A DNA stretch of 64,000 bases, taken from positions 94,693 to 158,692 of the forward strand of contig JAQULM010000001.1 of the NCBI GenBank assembly GCA_028718605.1, in the 5' to 3' direction. Every line of letters starts with the position of its first letter. The stretch's first letter is position 1. This document shows positions 7,330-17,835 of the stretch, one piece after another. The stretch comes from Patescibacteria group bacterium. Its GTDB lineage: Bacteria > Patescibacteriota > Patescibacteriia > UBA10025 > JAHIVO01. Under the pieces are notes generated by a model. It was given only the letters and a program-made list of their open reading frames with translations, was not told the DNA's origin and searched no databases. Both the position numbers and the translations under genes were made by a program.

Positions 7330-9705
7330 TTATTTTTTCAGCATACAGCCGTAGAATGCGTCAGTTCCAAGGTCCGCACTTAACGAAATGGTGCGTTCAT
7401 TTTTAGTCTCCGCATGATCCGGCTTCCAGACAAATTCGAGATCGGTATCAACCGTTACCAGGCTCGTCAGCGCTGCCGGATTCGCGCCTGGCTGTTTCTG
7501 GACGTAGAGGCTGTAGTAATCTGTCGGATCGAACATGCCCCCAATGTCAAGTTTAAACGGCAGCTGGTACTCGAATGTAATCCGCTGCACTTCTCCCGGA
7601 TCAAGGCTGACCCAATTGCCAAATACCGTTTTACCTGTTTCCTCCGTAATACGTGTGCCTGTTTTTTCATCAATAATTGAAGATAACTCCTCGGCAGCTA
7701 AATCTTCATCTGAAACAGCGTCAGTATCTGGCAACAGGTACCGAAATGGCAATACCTCGTCAAAGCCAGAAGAGTTGAGGAGCGTACTCCCCTGCGGTAC
7801 ATACAAACGGAGGTACGAAACATTTGCAACTTTTTCCCACTGGTCAAGTCCGTTTCCTCGATGGGCGCGTGTTACTGTGACGGTGTCAGTTACCGATCCA
7901 TCTGCATGAATTTTTGCTTCATGTTTAATAAACTGGTCAATCACGTGGTCAGTCTTCCCCCCGCCAATATTCGTACTGACAAGGGCTATGTAATCACGCT
8001 CATTGGTGCGGATACCACCATCCGCGCCAACCTGCACTACATCTTCCTGGAGCTTGTCATCAAATAAATGTATTAGCAAATCACGCGATAAAATTGCATG
8101 CTGAAGCGTACCGACGATACTAAGCATTTCATCCTGGCTTGCGTTGAACAGCCGGTCAAGCAATTTCGGCATAAGGTCGCTGATAAACCGCTTCGGCTGA
8201 TTCTCCACGCGGTCATATGCTATTTCTGCCCAATATTGCGCTTGATAGACGACATTTGATTCATCGACGGTGACACCATACGCTTCCTGCATATCAATAG
8301 GCCCAACAGCAGACAGCAAACTCTCTAGTATCGCTGGCGTCAATGTAATAACACCGTCGACCGATGCTCCAGCCGTCCGTTCAAAAAACCAGCCAATTTT
8401 CTGCGCTGATGTCGGAAAATCAAAAAACCAGTTCGCATCTTGAAGATTCCAATGTGCGTTGACAAGCCACAGTGGCCTTGGCGCGATAATTTTTTCCTTC
8501 AATTGTCCGGCAACATCATACACTCCTCCGCCGGGCACTTCAAGATTCTCAATAGTGCCCTTATATATATCGACAAGCGCAATTGACCCTATAAAACCTC
8601 CCGTCGGGCGAAGTTCTCTGTTATTCTGAAATGCGAGTAAGAAACGCCTCGATGCATCATCTCCGAGAATGGTAAGCATAACATCAGCAACGGAAACCAT
8701 ATCATGGAATCCCGCTTGAAGCGTTGGAATAGTCTTTTGAATTGCTGCGACCTGATCCTGATATTCTCCAGGGATATCCTGCAGGCGAACCGCATCCATC
8801 GCTTCAACCGCGGCATCAACGTTCGCAATCACTCCGGGGAGCTCATTCTGTACTAACTTGATAAATCTGACAAGGGATGACCCCCCATCAACGTTTGTGG
8901 AATCATCAGGTGCATTGAGCCATGAAATAACTGTACTCAAGGTAGCACCGGCTTGGCTCAGTTGCTGGCCGGCAATGAGCAGCTGGTGCGCACTCTGTGC
9001 TTTATTCGGCACGAGCGAAGTTATATCAAGCAACAATCCTCCCGTCCGCTCAAGTTCTTCGCGTGCGGTTGAAAAACTTGCAGACGCCTTGTTGAACTCT
9101 TGGCCGGCAAGGTTAAATGACGACGATGAAGCAAACCCACCCGCACTCTGTAAATAATCGTATGCATCCGACGTACTGCCGAGTACCTTACCTTTCGCAT
9201 CGGAAGCCCGTTCAAAAATTCCAATCGTAATAAAAGGTATCGATAGTGCCGCACAGATGCCGGCAAATACCATGAGACGCTTGCGCCAGCCAAGCGGTAG
9301 CCGCGAATGCAGCCAATCAATGCGTTCCTGCGGAATTTCTTCGGTTTCAGGAATCATCTGCTCAGGCTTACGGATCGGGGTAGGCGCAACCCGCAGCTGA
9401 ACCTGTCGGCGATTTGGGGTTACGATTACCGTTTCCTGGGAACGGTGCTTCTCCGGCCGATGCCTGATTATTCGGACTATCCAGGATGTTATCGACCGCC
9501 GAAGTGTGAGAAAAAAAGCACGCAAACGGCTTGTCCGAGAAACTGTGGCCGTCTTTTCTGCATTCGTGTTATCGTACCGCACCTTTCGCAAATCAATTAA
9601 ATTTGCATGCGGAACATGGTACCGTGCGATCTGCGATCGATGGGCGCCATTCTGGCGAACTGCAGAATTTATGCTATTGTTTCGTGTTGCCATAACAAAT
9701 ATCAA
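7330..9705 (-). CDS. DUF4012 domain protein (EPS-cluster associated)
   Basis: FQNNRELRPTGGFIGS, LQDANWFFDFPTSA, NIGGGKTD, YLRLYVPQGS motifs; start may be MATRNN. Confidence 0.85.
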   Translation of the reverse strand: MIFVMATRNNSINSAVRQNGAHRSQIARYHVPHANLIDLRKVRYDNTNAEKTATVSRTSRLRAFFLTLRRSITSWIVRIIRHRPEKHRSQETVIVTPNRRQVQLRVAPTPIRKPEQMIPETEEIPQERIDWLHSRLPLGWRKRLMVFAGICAALSIPFITIGIFERASDAKGKVLGSTSDAYDYLQSAGGFASSSSFNLAGQEFNKASASFSTAREELERTGGLLLDITSLVPNKAQSAHQLLIAGQQLSQAGATLSTVISWLNAPDDSTNVDGGSSLVRFIKLVQNELPGVIANVDAAVEAMDAVRLQDIPGEYQDQVAAIQKTIPTLQAGFHDMVSVADVMLTILGDDASRRFLLAFQNNRELRPTGGFIGSIALVDIYKGTIENLEVPGGGVYDVAGQLKEKIIAPRPLWLVNAHWNLQDANWFFDFPTSAQKIGWFFERTAGASVDGVITLTPAILESLLSAVGPIDMQEAYGVTVDESNVVYQAQYWAEIAYDRVENQPKRFISDLMPKLLDRLFNASQDEMLSIVGTLQHAILSRDLLIHLFDDKLQEDVVQVGADGGIRTNERDYIALVSTNIGGGKTDHVIDQFIKHEAKIHADGSVTDTVTVTRAHRGNGLDQWEKVANVSYLRLYVPQGSTLLNSSGFDEVLPFRYLLPDTDAVSDEDLAAEELSSIIDEKTGTRITEETGKTVFGNWVSLDPGEVQRITFEYQLPFKLDIGGMFDPTDYYSLYVQKQPGANPAALTSLVTVDTDLEFVWKPDHAETKNERTISLSADLGTDAFYGCMLKK

Positions 9706-9708
9706 TAC

Positions 9709-10836
9709 CTAACTGTAGTATACATCGTTGTATAAATCAAGTGTAGTGCGTGCCATATCAGACCAATGGAATCTCGCAACACGGGCAAAACCACGTGCAC
9801 GCAAAGTTTCGGCAAGCTGTGGGTCTTTCAGTACCTGCATACAAGCATGGGCGATTTCGTCAATACTGTGGGGGTTAAAAAACAACGCAGCATCGCCGAG
9901 TATTTCCGGAAGGGATGAGCTGTTGCTCGCGACGACCGGAATCCCGTAGGAGCATGCTTCAAGTGCGGGTAAACCAAATCCCTCGCAAAACGACGGAAAT
10001 GCGTAGAGCGAGGCGCCGCGGTATACCTCCGGCAGATCGGTGTCAGTAACGAAACCGGTAAAAATCACACCGTCGCGGATTCCGAGGGTTTGAGAGGTTT
10101 CTTTCGCCCGCTTGAAAAAATAGTCTTCTTTGCCAACGATAACGAGGCGTACATGCGGCATTGCCATGGCAACTTTCTTATATGCCTGGAGGAGCCCTTC
10201 AACATTTTTATGCGGATAGACATTTCCGACATAGAGAATGTACGGTTTTTGAATTGAGTAACGGCGGAGTGCCTCAGGGCTATCAGGTGATGGTTTCTGG
10301 GCCTGGTCAACTGCTTCATAGGTCACGGAAATTTTCAGCGGATCAACATTGAAATAACGCACAACTTCCTGCTTTGTATATTTGGAAACGGCAATTATCC
10401 GCCGTGAACGTCTGATGGCAGAACGGATAACTATCCGGTAACCAAAATGTTTTAATGCGTACTGAAGCGGCCCAAGCATAGTCGCGCGCTGGGTGGGATA
10501 TTTCGTCAGTATCAAATCATGGACAGTTACAATAAATTTCCCCCAATACAATAGTGGTACATTAAAATGGGTAAAATGGACAAGATCCAGGCGCAGTGTC
10601 CAGAGTTTCAGGGGCAAAAGAATCTGCTCGGTGATTGTATACCAGCGAAAATCCGCAAGAACTTTTTTGAACCGCGGGTTCGTAGGTTGATAATCAGCCC
10701 AATTTTCCCTTCGAACAAGGATGAAATAATCATTCTCGTGATCAATCCGCTCGAGATGCTCAATAAGCTTCTGGGTATACCGGCCGAGGCCCTTGCCAAA
10801 TGTTCCGTAAAAACGCGCGTCTATTCCAATTCGCAT
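9709..10836 (-). CDS. glycosyltransferase family 4
   Basis: MRIGIDAR; FPSFCEGFGLPALEA. Confidence 0.93.
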   Translation of the reverse strand: MRIGIDARFYGTFGKGLGRYTQKLIEHLERIDHENDYFILVRRENWADYQPTNPRFKKVLADFRWYTITEQILLPLKLWTLRLDLVHFTHFNVPLLYWGKFIVTVHDLILTKYPTQRATMLGPLQYALKHFGYRIVIRSAIRRSRRIIAVSKYTKQEVVRYFNVDPLKISVTYEAVDQAQKPSPDSPEALRRYSIQKPYILYVGNVYPHKNVEGLLQAYKKVAMAMPHVRLVIVGKEDYFFKRAKETSQTLGIRDGVIFTGFVTDTDLPEVYRGASLYAFPSFCEGFGLPALEACSYGIPVVASNSSSLPEILGDAALFFNPHSIDEIAHACMQVLKDPQLAETLRARGFARVARFHWSDMARTTLDLYNDVYYS

Positions 10837-10839
10837 AGG

Positions 10840-11955
10840 TTACTGTAATGAATCAAATAAAGAAAGTGTTTGAGCTCCCGCCGACGGCCACGTTGCCGTT
10901 TCAACTGCGGCGTTCCCTTTTATCACGCATAAACGGCGGAGCGCTTCGTCCGTCGCGAGTATCGAAAGCGCACGAGACATCTCACTGATGTTATAGGGAT
11001 CAGCCAGGATTGCGGCATCCCTCGCGATTTCAGGCAGCGAGGTTGAAAAACTCGTCAGAACGGGCACCCCAGACGCCATTGCTTCGTACACGGGGAGTCC
11101 AAACCCTTCATAGTATGATGGGTATGCAAACAGCCGCGCGCCCTGGTACAGTGCCGGTTTGTCTTTATCCGCTACGTATCCTGTGAATAGTACGTCCCGG
11201 TGGTGTTTTGGGAGGCCTGTGCTATGCATACTGCCTGCGATGACCAGCTTGTACTGAAGGTTGTGCGCTTGTCGAGCATGGTTCCAGGCACGTATGAACC
11301 CTTCCGTGTTTTTCCTGGGTCCAACCGCTCCGAGCGATAAAATATACGAACCTGGCAATCCATACCGATGCCGGACCTCTTCCAAAACATCGCTTGAGCA
11401 CGGGCGAAACCGTTCGCGATCAACTCCGAGACGAATAATTTCGATGGAGTCTGCCGGCACACCAAACGAACACTGCAAATCACGGCTCGTGCTCTCTGAA
11501 ACTGTTATAATCCGTTCTGCGCGTTTCAGCAATTTTTTGAACCGTACTGCCCGATGCCATATCCGTTGTTTCAGCCCATAGAAACCTTGGTGGCAAAACG
11601 AAACGTCATGTACGGTAAGGACGAGTTTGCATGAATCCGTACATGAAAAAAAATTCATATTAGGCAAAAAGAAAAGGTCAGCGCCGCCAACGACCCGGTC
11701 AAGCGGCGGAAAAGAAAGCAATGCGAGTGACGTGTTCAATAATTTATTGGGTATCGCTCGCTCAACAACTCGGGCACAATCGGCTCGCAGCGGATCGAGG
11801 CGTTCTCGGGGAATCGGATGCACAGCGTTTGAAAACAAAACGAACTCGTGCTTACTCTCGCTCTGTACGAGTTCTGAAACGATGTGCGATGTATATTCGC
11901 TTACACCGGATGGATTGGGCTCAACAAGGGATCTGATATCAATCGCGATTCGCAT
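10840..11955 (-). CDS. glycosyltransferase family 4
   Basis: MRIAIDIR; YPSYYEGFGLPVYEAMASG. Confidence 0.93.
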   Translation of the reverse strand: MRIAIDIRSLVEPNPSGVSEYTSHIVSELVQSESKHEFVLFSNAVHPIPRERLDPLRADCARVVERAIPNKLLNTSLALLSFPPLDRVVGGADLFFLPNMNFFSCTDSCKLVLTVHDVSFCHQGFYGLKQRIWHRAVRFKKLLKRAERIITVSESTSRDLQCSFGVPADSIEIIRLGVDRERFRPCSSDVLEEVRHRYGLPGSYILSLGAVGPRKNTEGFIRAWNHARQAHNLQYKLVIAGSMHSTGLPKHHRDVLFTGYVADKDKPALYQGARLFAYPSYYEGFGLPVYEAMASGVPVLTSFSTSLPEIARDAAILADPYNISEMSRALSILATDEALRRLCVIKGNAAVETATWPSAGAQTLSLFDSLQ

Positions 11956-12574
11956 GGGCAGAATCATTTGCGGTAGATACGCGCCCGGTTTTAAGGTATG
12001 CGATGCTATACGACGCTGTTACACCGACAATCAACCCAGCGAAGAGACCGATGGCCGCATTAAACCAGAGCGCCGGCCGTTTTTCCACAATGACAGGTTT
12101 CGCTCCGATAACTTGGAAAAAAGCCTTTTGGTCAGCGGTTTGCACCGCTGCAGTTGCGCGTTCTTCAACTGTTTGTGTTATTGCGGCAGCGATTGTCTCC
12201 GCGGTCGCTCGGTCACGCTCACGGAACCGTACTGCGATATTCTGGGGTGAATATTGCTTTACTTTGAACCGAGAAGTGAATTGCTCAGTTGATGAAATAC
12301 GCGGATCGATCGTGGCCCGTTCATAGATTTCAAGCAGCACCGACGGCGTCATCATCCAGCTCATGACAGTCTGCGAAAAGAGGTCAGCGGCTTGGATGGC
12401 GTAGTAGCCGTCATACTGATACTCGGTTGTGTCCTGCCGGTTAATCCTGTTGATAGAAAACGATAGTGACGTGTCGTATTCCACAGGCTTCACGAGACTA
12501 CTGATAACCGCAGCCCCAATAGCCACAGCGGTTGTAGCGATAATGACCCATTTGAATCGAAGGAATATGCCCAT
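11939..12574 (-). CDS. Wzz/YveK-like chain length determinant
   Basis: Two terminal TM helices around a soluble domain; EPS context; start uncertain. Confidence 0.75.
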   Translation of the reverse strand: MGIFLRFKWVIIATTAVAIGAAVISSLVKPVEYDTSLSFSINRINRQDTTEYQYDGYYAIQAADLFSQTVMSWMMTPSVLLEIYERATIDPRISSTEQFTSRFKVKQYSPQNIAVRFRERDRATAETIAAAITQTVEERATAAVQTADQKAFFQVIGAKPVIVEKRPALWFNAAIGLFAGLIVGVTASYSIAYLKTGRVSTANDSAHANRD

Positions 12575-12608
12575 AAAAATTACTCTTGTGCTCCTCGTAG
12601 ATAAAGTA

Positions 12609-13709
12609 TTACGTATTTTTAAATTCTTGCCAAGCCTGCTCGACAAATGTTGATATGCGGTCTTTAAACCGAGCTACGCTGAACTGCTCCGCGTGTTGGC
12701 GGATCATCGCTGAATCGAAGTTCTCCGGCTTGAAATGAATGACGGTGTCCGCAATCGCCTCCCACGATTGCTCATCGAAAAGAACGCCGGTCGTGCCAGG
12801 CACAACAGTTTCAAGAGCTCCGCCAGATCCGTACGCAATAACCGGGCGGCCTGATGCCATAGCCTCAACGCACGTAATGCCAAAATCTTCCTCCTGCGGA
12901 TGGATAAACGCTTTACAACGGGAATAATACTCCGCGATTTTCTGGTCAGAAACAAAACCGAGGAACTTGATATGAGGTCCTGCCATCGAGCGAAGGCGGT
13001 CCTCATCCTCACCCTCACCGATAATATAAAGCGGTAAGCCGAGCTTATTGAACGCCTGGATCGCTATGTCAACCCGTTTATATGGCCGGAGTCTCGTTAT
13101 CATGAGATAATAATCATCCTGTGAATCGGTAATGGAAAACCGGTCAGTATTCACGGGAGGATTGATAACGACACTATCACGCTTATAGTATTTCTGTATT
13201 CGTTTCGCAACAAACTTTGAATTCGCAATAAAACGGTCAACTCGATCTGCTGCAAGCCGATCCCAGATGCGGAGATAACTACGATAGAGTTGGGACGCCC
13301 GCCCGATTAAACGCTTCCGCTCAAACTTATCGATGATTTCATTATGATCACTCCACAGGTAGCGCGTGGGTGTATGGCAGTAGCAGATATGCAGCGTTTT
13401 GGGAGGAGTGAGTACGCCTTTTGCGAGCCCTGAGCTATCGGAAAAGACAACGTTGTATCCCGAGAGATCATAGCTCTCAGTGGCCGGAACCATCATCGGC
13501 AGGTACCACCGGAATTTTTTACGGGCAAATGGAAAGTGCGAAATGAACGATTGTTTAATCGTATATTCGTCAAAACGATGCTGCGTTCCTATCGGGTCAT
13601 AAATGAGGGTATACACCGGCGCTTCGGGGTGCATTTCACAAAGGGCCTTTAAAACCCGCTCTCCCCCGCCAAGCTGATTGAGATGATCATGGACGAGTGC
13701 GATTTTCAT
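12609..13709 (-). CDS. glycosyltransferase family 4
   Basis: MKIALVHDHLNQLGGGERV; EEDFGITCVEAMASG. Confidence 0.93.
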   Translation of the reverse strand: MKIALVHDHLNQLGGGERVLKALCEMHPEAPVYTLIYDPIGTQHRFDEYTIKQSFISHFPFARKKFRWYLPMMVPATESYDLSGYNVVFSDSSGLAKGVLTPPKTLHICYCHTPTRYLWSDHNEIIDKFERKRLIGRASQLYRSYLRIWDRLAADRVDRFIANSKFVAKRIQKYYKRDSVVINPPVNTDRFSITDSQDDYYLMITRLRPYKRVDIAIQAFNKLGLPLYIIGEGEDEDRLRSMAGPHIKFLGFVSDQKIAEYYSRCKAFIHPQEEDFGITCVEAMASGRPVIAYGSGGALETVVPGTTGVLFDEQSWEAIADTVIHFKPENFDSAMIRQHAEQFSVARFKDRISTFVEQAWQEFKNT

Positions 13710-13712
13710 ACA

Positions 13713-15104
13713 TTAGCTCGCTGATTTGCCAGAGATAACAACGAGTGGGGTTTTAAGTGAAATTTGTAAATCGAGCTTCATGGACCAGTTTTCAATATAA
13801 TAAATATCAAGCTTGGCTTCGTCCTCAAATTTAAGGTCTGACCGTCCTGAAATTTGGGCGAGCCCGGTAAGGCCAGGTTTAATGGTCAGTAACGTTCGGT
13901 GCCACCGTTCGTAGCGCGATACTTCTTCTGGTTCGTGCGGTCGCGGTCCGACAATGCTCATCTCCCCCTTTAAAACATTGAAAAACTGGGGCAATTCATC
14001 GAGGCTTGTTTTTCGGATGAAGCGTCCGATGCGCGTAATGCGCGGATCATTAGAAATTTTAAACAGTGGGCCATCAGACCGCTCATTGTGCTGAATGAGG
14101 TCTTTTTTGAGCAAATGTGCGTTCTGGACCATTGAACGGAATTTATACAATGTAAAGGTCTTGCCGCGCTCCCCAACACGCTCAAGTTTTACGAAAACTC
14201 CACCCTTTGAATCGACGGCGACGAGCAGCCCCACAATCAGGAGAAGTGGCGATATGACGATTAAAAAAATCGTAGCGAAGACCATGTCAAATATTCGTTT
14301 TGATATCCTCCCCCACCCTTCCAGCTTGGTACGCTTAACCTCAATAATTGGTATGCCCGCGATCGTATTAATTTCAATATGGGTTGGCTGCACTTCAAAA
14401 AGGTCTGTCGTGTACTTGAATGTAATATGGTGATCATTGCAAAAATTTCGGATCGCAAACCCCTGCTCCTTGGGGAGGCTCGTATCGGCCTGGATAATCT
14501 CATCAATCGAATTGGTGGCGAGGGATGAAGTGACCTGCTTCTGTACGTCATCGCTAAAACTGTCATGCCGGGCAAGAATCCGGTACCCGAACGTCGGGTG
14601 CTGGTAAATTTGTTTAATGATGTCCTCGGTCGTCTTGTCCTTGCCGATGATAAGCACATTGTGTTGCCCAACACCGCGACGAAGGAGCGCACGCTGGATT
14701 CCACGAACGATAAAACGGCCTATCATAACCGTCACGATGCATAATATCCAGCCGATGAGAACAATAAAGCGGGATGAAAAGAGCTCCCGCTGGAAAAAAA
14801 TGATAATGATAACAATCGCGATAGACGCTGTACAAGTAACAAACAAGCTGGTCGCTTCATCGATCAGCCGTCGGGTAATTTTGATGGCATACAAACCGCT
14901 CAGTGCAAAAATAACGATAAAAATTATCGGCACGACAAATAAAAATCCGAGGTACTCACGTAATACAATTTCTGATACTACTGGCCGTAATTCGGTGAAG
15001 AACGGAATAAACCGCATTTGATATGCAAAAAAACCAGCCAGTATAACCATACAGTAGTCAACTGGTATGAGTATCATGCTAAAAATTAGTTCAGAGCGTT
15101 TCAT
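13713..15104 (-). CDS. undecaprenyl-phosphate sugar phosphotransferase (WcaJ/WbaP family)
   Basis: KRIFD, YKFRSM, RKTSLDELPQ, MSIVGPRP; start re-called at MKRSELIF because the longer ORF overlaps rnpB. Confidence 0.93.
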   Translation of the reverse strand: MKRSELIFSMILIPVDYCMVILAGFFAYQMRFIPFFTELRPVVSEIVLREYLGFLFVVPIIFIVIFALSGLYAIKITRRLIDEATSLFVTCTASIAIVIIIIFFQRELFSSRFIVLIGWILCIVTVMIGRFIVRGIQRALLRRGVGQHNVLIIGKDKTTEDIIKQIYQHPTFGYRILARHDSFSDDVQKQVTSSLATNSIDEIIQADTSLPKEQGFAIRNFCNDHHITFKYTTDLFEVQPTHIEINTIAGIPIIEVKRTKLEGWGRISKRIFDMVFATIFLIVISPLLLIVGLLVAVDSKGGVFVKLERVGERGKTFTLYKFRSMVQNAHLLKKDLIQHNERSDGPLFKISNDPRITRIGRFIRKTSLDELPQFFNVLKGEMSIVGPRPHEPEEVSRYERWHRTLLTIKPGLTGLAQISGRSDLKFEDEAKLDIYYIENWSMKLDLQISLKTPLVVISGKSAS

Positions 15105-15145
15105 TGATGTACACTGCGGATTGATGTCATTATATATAGAAAAGC

Positions 15146-15633
15146 GCCTAAGCAAACCTGTAAGCCGAATTCTGTCGACCTCCGCTCTCCGAGCTACGGT
15201 CGACAAGTCCCATGGGGAGCCTGTCCGCCGGAGTTCGGAGAACGAAGGCGGATGATTATCTATCTAGCCCCGACGTTGCCGTCGGAGTCATGCGACCAAC
15301 CCACCCCGCCAGATGACGGGGCCTACTTGGTCTTGCACCGGATAGGGTTTTTCACGCTCTGGCGTCGCCACCAGAACCTGTGAGCTCTTACCTCACCTCT
15401 TTTCACCCTTGCCTGATCCCCGAAACAAGTTCGGAGCCATCGGCGGTTTTGTCTCTGTGACACTGTCCCTGAAAGACAACACTCAAAAGACTATAGCCCT
15501 TTTGATCGCTGCTCCCGGTCGCATTTCGCGACTATCCTTTTCCTTGCCTTTTATGGGCGAGGGGTGTTCGGACTTTCCTCTTTTTTGCAAGCTTTTTTGC
15601 CTGTAAAAAAGCAATCACCCGGTTTACTTAGGC
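15146..15633 (-). ncRNA. rnpB: RNase P RNA (type A-like, with insertion)
   Basis: GAGGAAAGTCCG near 5' end, ACAGAATTCGGCTTAC near 3' end, P1 GCCTAAGTAAACC/GGTTTGCTTAGGC; 488 nt. Confidence 0.95.
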
Positions 15634-15640
15634 AGAATAT

Positions 15641-15669
15641 ATCTTAGCCAAAAAGCCGTTTTTTGTCAA
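15641..15669 (-). promoter_or_regulatory. rnpB promoter
   Basis: TTGACA-17-TAAGAT just upstream of P1. Confidence 0.75.
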
Positions 15670-15717
15670 TAAACTGTGGTATACTTGATATTGTAATTAC
15701 CATTAATAAACGCAGCT

Positions 15718-16416
15718 ATGCAAAAAAAGGTGCTTAATATCGCCCACCGGGGCGCCTCAGGATATAAACCGGAAAATACCCTCTCTTCCTTCAGGCACGC
15801 TCTGACGTATAAACCAGACATGATCGAGCTTGATGTCTATGTTTGCCTCAGTGGCGAGCTTGTCGTCATTCATGATGATAAAGTTGACCGTACGACCAAT
15901 GGTCAGGGTTATGTGGTTGAAAAAAGACTGTCCGAGCTTAAGAAACTCGATGCCGGACAGGGAGAAAAAATTCCAACCCTTATTGAAATACTGAATCTGG
16001 TCAATGGAAAAATTGCCATCAACATCGAACTCAAAGGAGCCGGCACCGCAAAACCAGTCGCTAAACTGATTAAAGAATATCTCAGCAAGATAAATTGGCA
16101 AGCAGAACAATTTCTAGTTTCTTCATTTAACCATCCAGAATTGGCAACTTTTAAAAAATTGTTGCCTAATATTAGAATTGGGGCGCTGTTTGTCGGCATC
16201 CCAGCTGAACTTGCCAAACCAGCAGAAGATTTAGGTGCTTACTCCATTAACTTATCGCAAGAATTTATCTCCCAAGAATTCGTTAATGACGCCCATCGAC
16301 GTGGATTGAAGGTTTTCGTTTTCACGGTCAACGATTTTGATGATATCGACCGGATGATTAAATTAGGGGTCGACGGTTTATTCTGTAATTACCCCGACCG
16401 TTTACAGACCCAGTAA
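15718..16416 (+). CDS. glycerophosphodiester phosphodiesterase
   Basis: IAHRGASGYKPENT, IELDV, IHD, NIELK motifs. Confidence 0.95.
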   Translation: MQKKVLNIAHRGASGYKPENTLSSFRHALTYKPDMIELDVYVCLSGELVVIHDDKVDRTTNGQGYVVEKRLSELKKLDAGQGEKIPTLIEILNLVNGKIAINIELKGAGTAKPVAKLIKEYLSKINWQAEQFLVSSFNHPELATFKKLLPNIRIGALFVGIPAELAKPAEDLGAYSINLSQEFISQEFVNDAHRRGLKVFVFTVNDFDDIDRMIKLGVDGLFCNYPDRLQTQ

Positions 16417-17283
16417 GTATTGACGGTAAAAATTCAGCAGTTTTTCCTCGTACTGATCCCCTGTAATTGTATACACTTCATCGTGCTCTGCATGCTGCAC
16501 GAGCCAAAACTCCTTCAGCCAAGGAGCTTTTTTATAGAATTCAAATGCTTCCTCGACTGGGATGCGTTTATCATATGAACTATGGATTATCATCAATGGC
16601 CGGGCGCGTAATGTATGGATATACTTGACCGGCGCAATCGTCGGAAGATAACATCCGGTTCGTAATTTGATCATCCAGATGGTGAAATAGCCGATCGGAA
16701 AAAAGGGTATTCCCTTCAGGTAATCCTGGAAGTTTTTCCAAATGATCGTTTTGAAGCGCGCGTATGAAGAAGCAATGACGATCGCCTTAATTTCGGGGAT
16801 GTCGCCGGATTTCATTATCGCAACTGCGCCACCCATAGAAAAGCCAAGCAACCCGATCTGGGAGAGATCAACATCCTTACGAGTTCGTAAATATGCGATC
16901 GCGCCGGCCAGATCACGCTGTTCACGTGCGCCAAATGTTATATATTTCCCCTGACTTTCACCAGAACCTCGAAAATCAAACATGAATATCGCATACCCGG
17001 CTTTATTCAAAAAACTAGCCTGCGGGAGCATTTGTTCCTTCGAGCGGCCATACCCATGAAGAAGAATTATCGTTGCGCCATTCGTTCCGGGAATAAATGC
17101 ACCCGCGAGCGCCAAACCGTCAGTTGCAGTGAACGTTAAACGCTCCGGCTGAAGCTGGTAACGGTTCCAGTCGTCTGAGTGAATTTCACGTGGCTGGCGT
17201 ATCACCTTGGTAGAGATGTACCATGCAAGGCTGAATGCCAAAAAGCCGAGCAGCACGATCCCAAAAATGATATTCATTATCAT
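16402..17283 (-). CDS. membrane-anchored alpha/beta hydrolase
   Basis: LLHGYG, DFRGSGES, GFSMGG nucleophile elbow; ATGA overlap with rnhA stop. Confidence 0.9.
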   Translation of the reverse strand: MIMNIIFGIVLLGFLAFSLAWYISTKVIRQPREIHSDDWNRYQLQPERLTFTATDGLALAGAFIPGTNGATIILLHGYGRSKEQMLPQASFLNKAGYAIFMFDFRGSGESQGKYITFGAREQRDLAGAIAYLRTRKDVDLSQIGLLGFSMGGAVAIMKSGDIPEIKAIVIASSYARFKTIIWKNFQDYLKGIPFFPIGYFTIWMIKLRTGCYLPTIAPVKYIHTLRARPLMIIHSSYDKRIPVEEAFEFYKKAPWLKEFWLVQHAEHDEVYTITGDQYEEKLLNFYRQYLLGL

Positions 17284-17687
17284 GCGCGTCTGTCGATAGC
17301 TTGGTTTACCAATTTGTCCGCCTCGTGGTTCTTCTCGCGCGGAACGTGGTGGAATGTAACTCGCTTGAATCCGACCATCATATTCCACGCTTTCACGAAC
17401 AGTGTCCCGAGCACCGGATCCTTTATTTTAAATTTCCGGTTCAGCTGGTTTACCGCTAGGTCGCTGTCCATATACACGTCCAGTTCACGGGCACCAATGC
17501 GTTTTGCCTGCTCGAGCGCCAGCAGAACCGCTTGGTATTCTGCTTGGTTATTCGTGGCTTCGCCGATATACTTCGCGTACGTGCCCACGAGGCTATGGCC
17601 GTGCCATATGACAACGCCAATACCGGCTGGTCCGGGATTGCCACGCGCCCCTCCGTCAGTAAAAATTTCTAGCTTTTCATGCTTCAT
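17280..17687 (-). CDS. rnhA: ribonuclease HI
   Basis: FTDGGARGNPGPAG, TNNQAEY, DS, HVPREKNHEAD. Confidence 0.93.
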   Translation of the reverse strand: MKHEKLEIFTDGGARGNPGPAGIGVVIWHGHSLVGTYAKYIGEATNNQAEYQAVLLALEQAKRIGARELDVYMDSDLAVNQLNRKFKIKDPVLGTLFVKAWNMMVGFKRVTFHHVPREKNHEADKLVNQAIDRRA

Positions 17688-17835
17688 ACAGTGCATCATA
17701 GCACTCAATCTGTAGCATTGACAAGAATTAATTGAACGAAAAAATGGTTGGTTTAAAGCACTATCTTAAAAAACCCATCATTGGTAATTCATGGGCATCA
17801 CGGTTACAATCTCACGAGAGCACGCTAAGCTTTGC

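Noticed and set aside
15105-15606. N-terminal extension of the sugar transferase and ORFs 15067-15255, 15409-15606
   Set aside because: They overlap RNase P RNA
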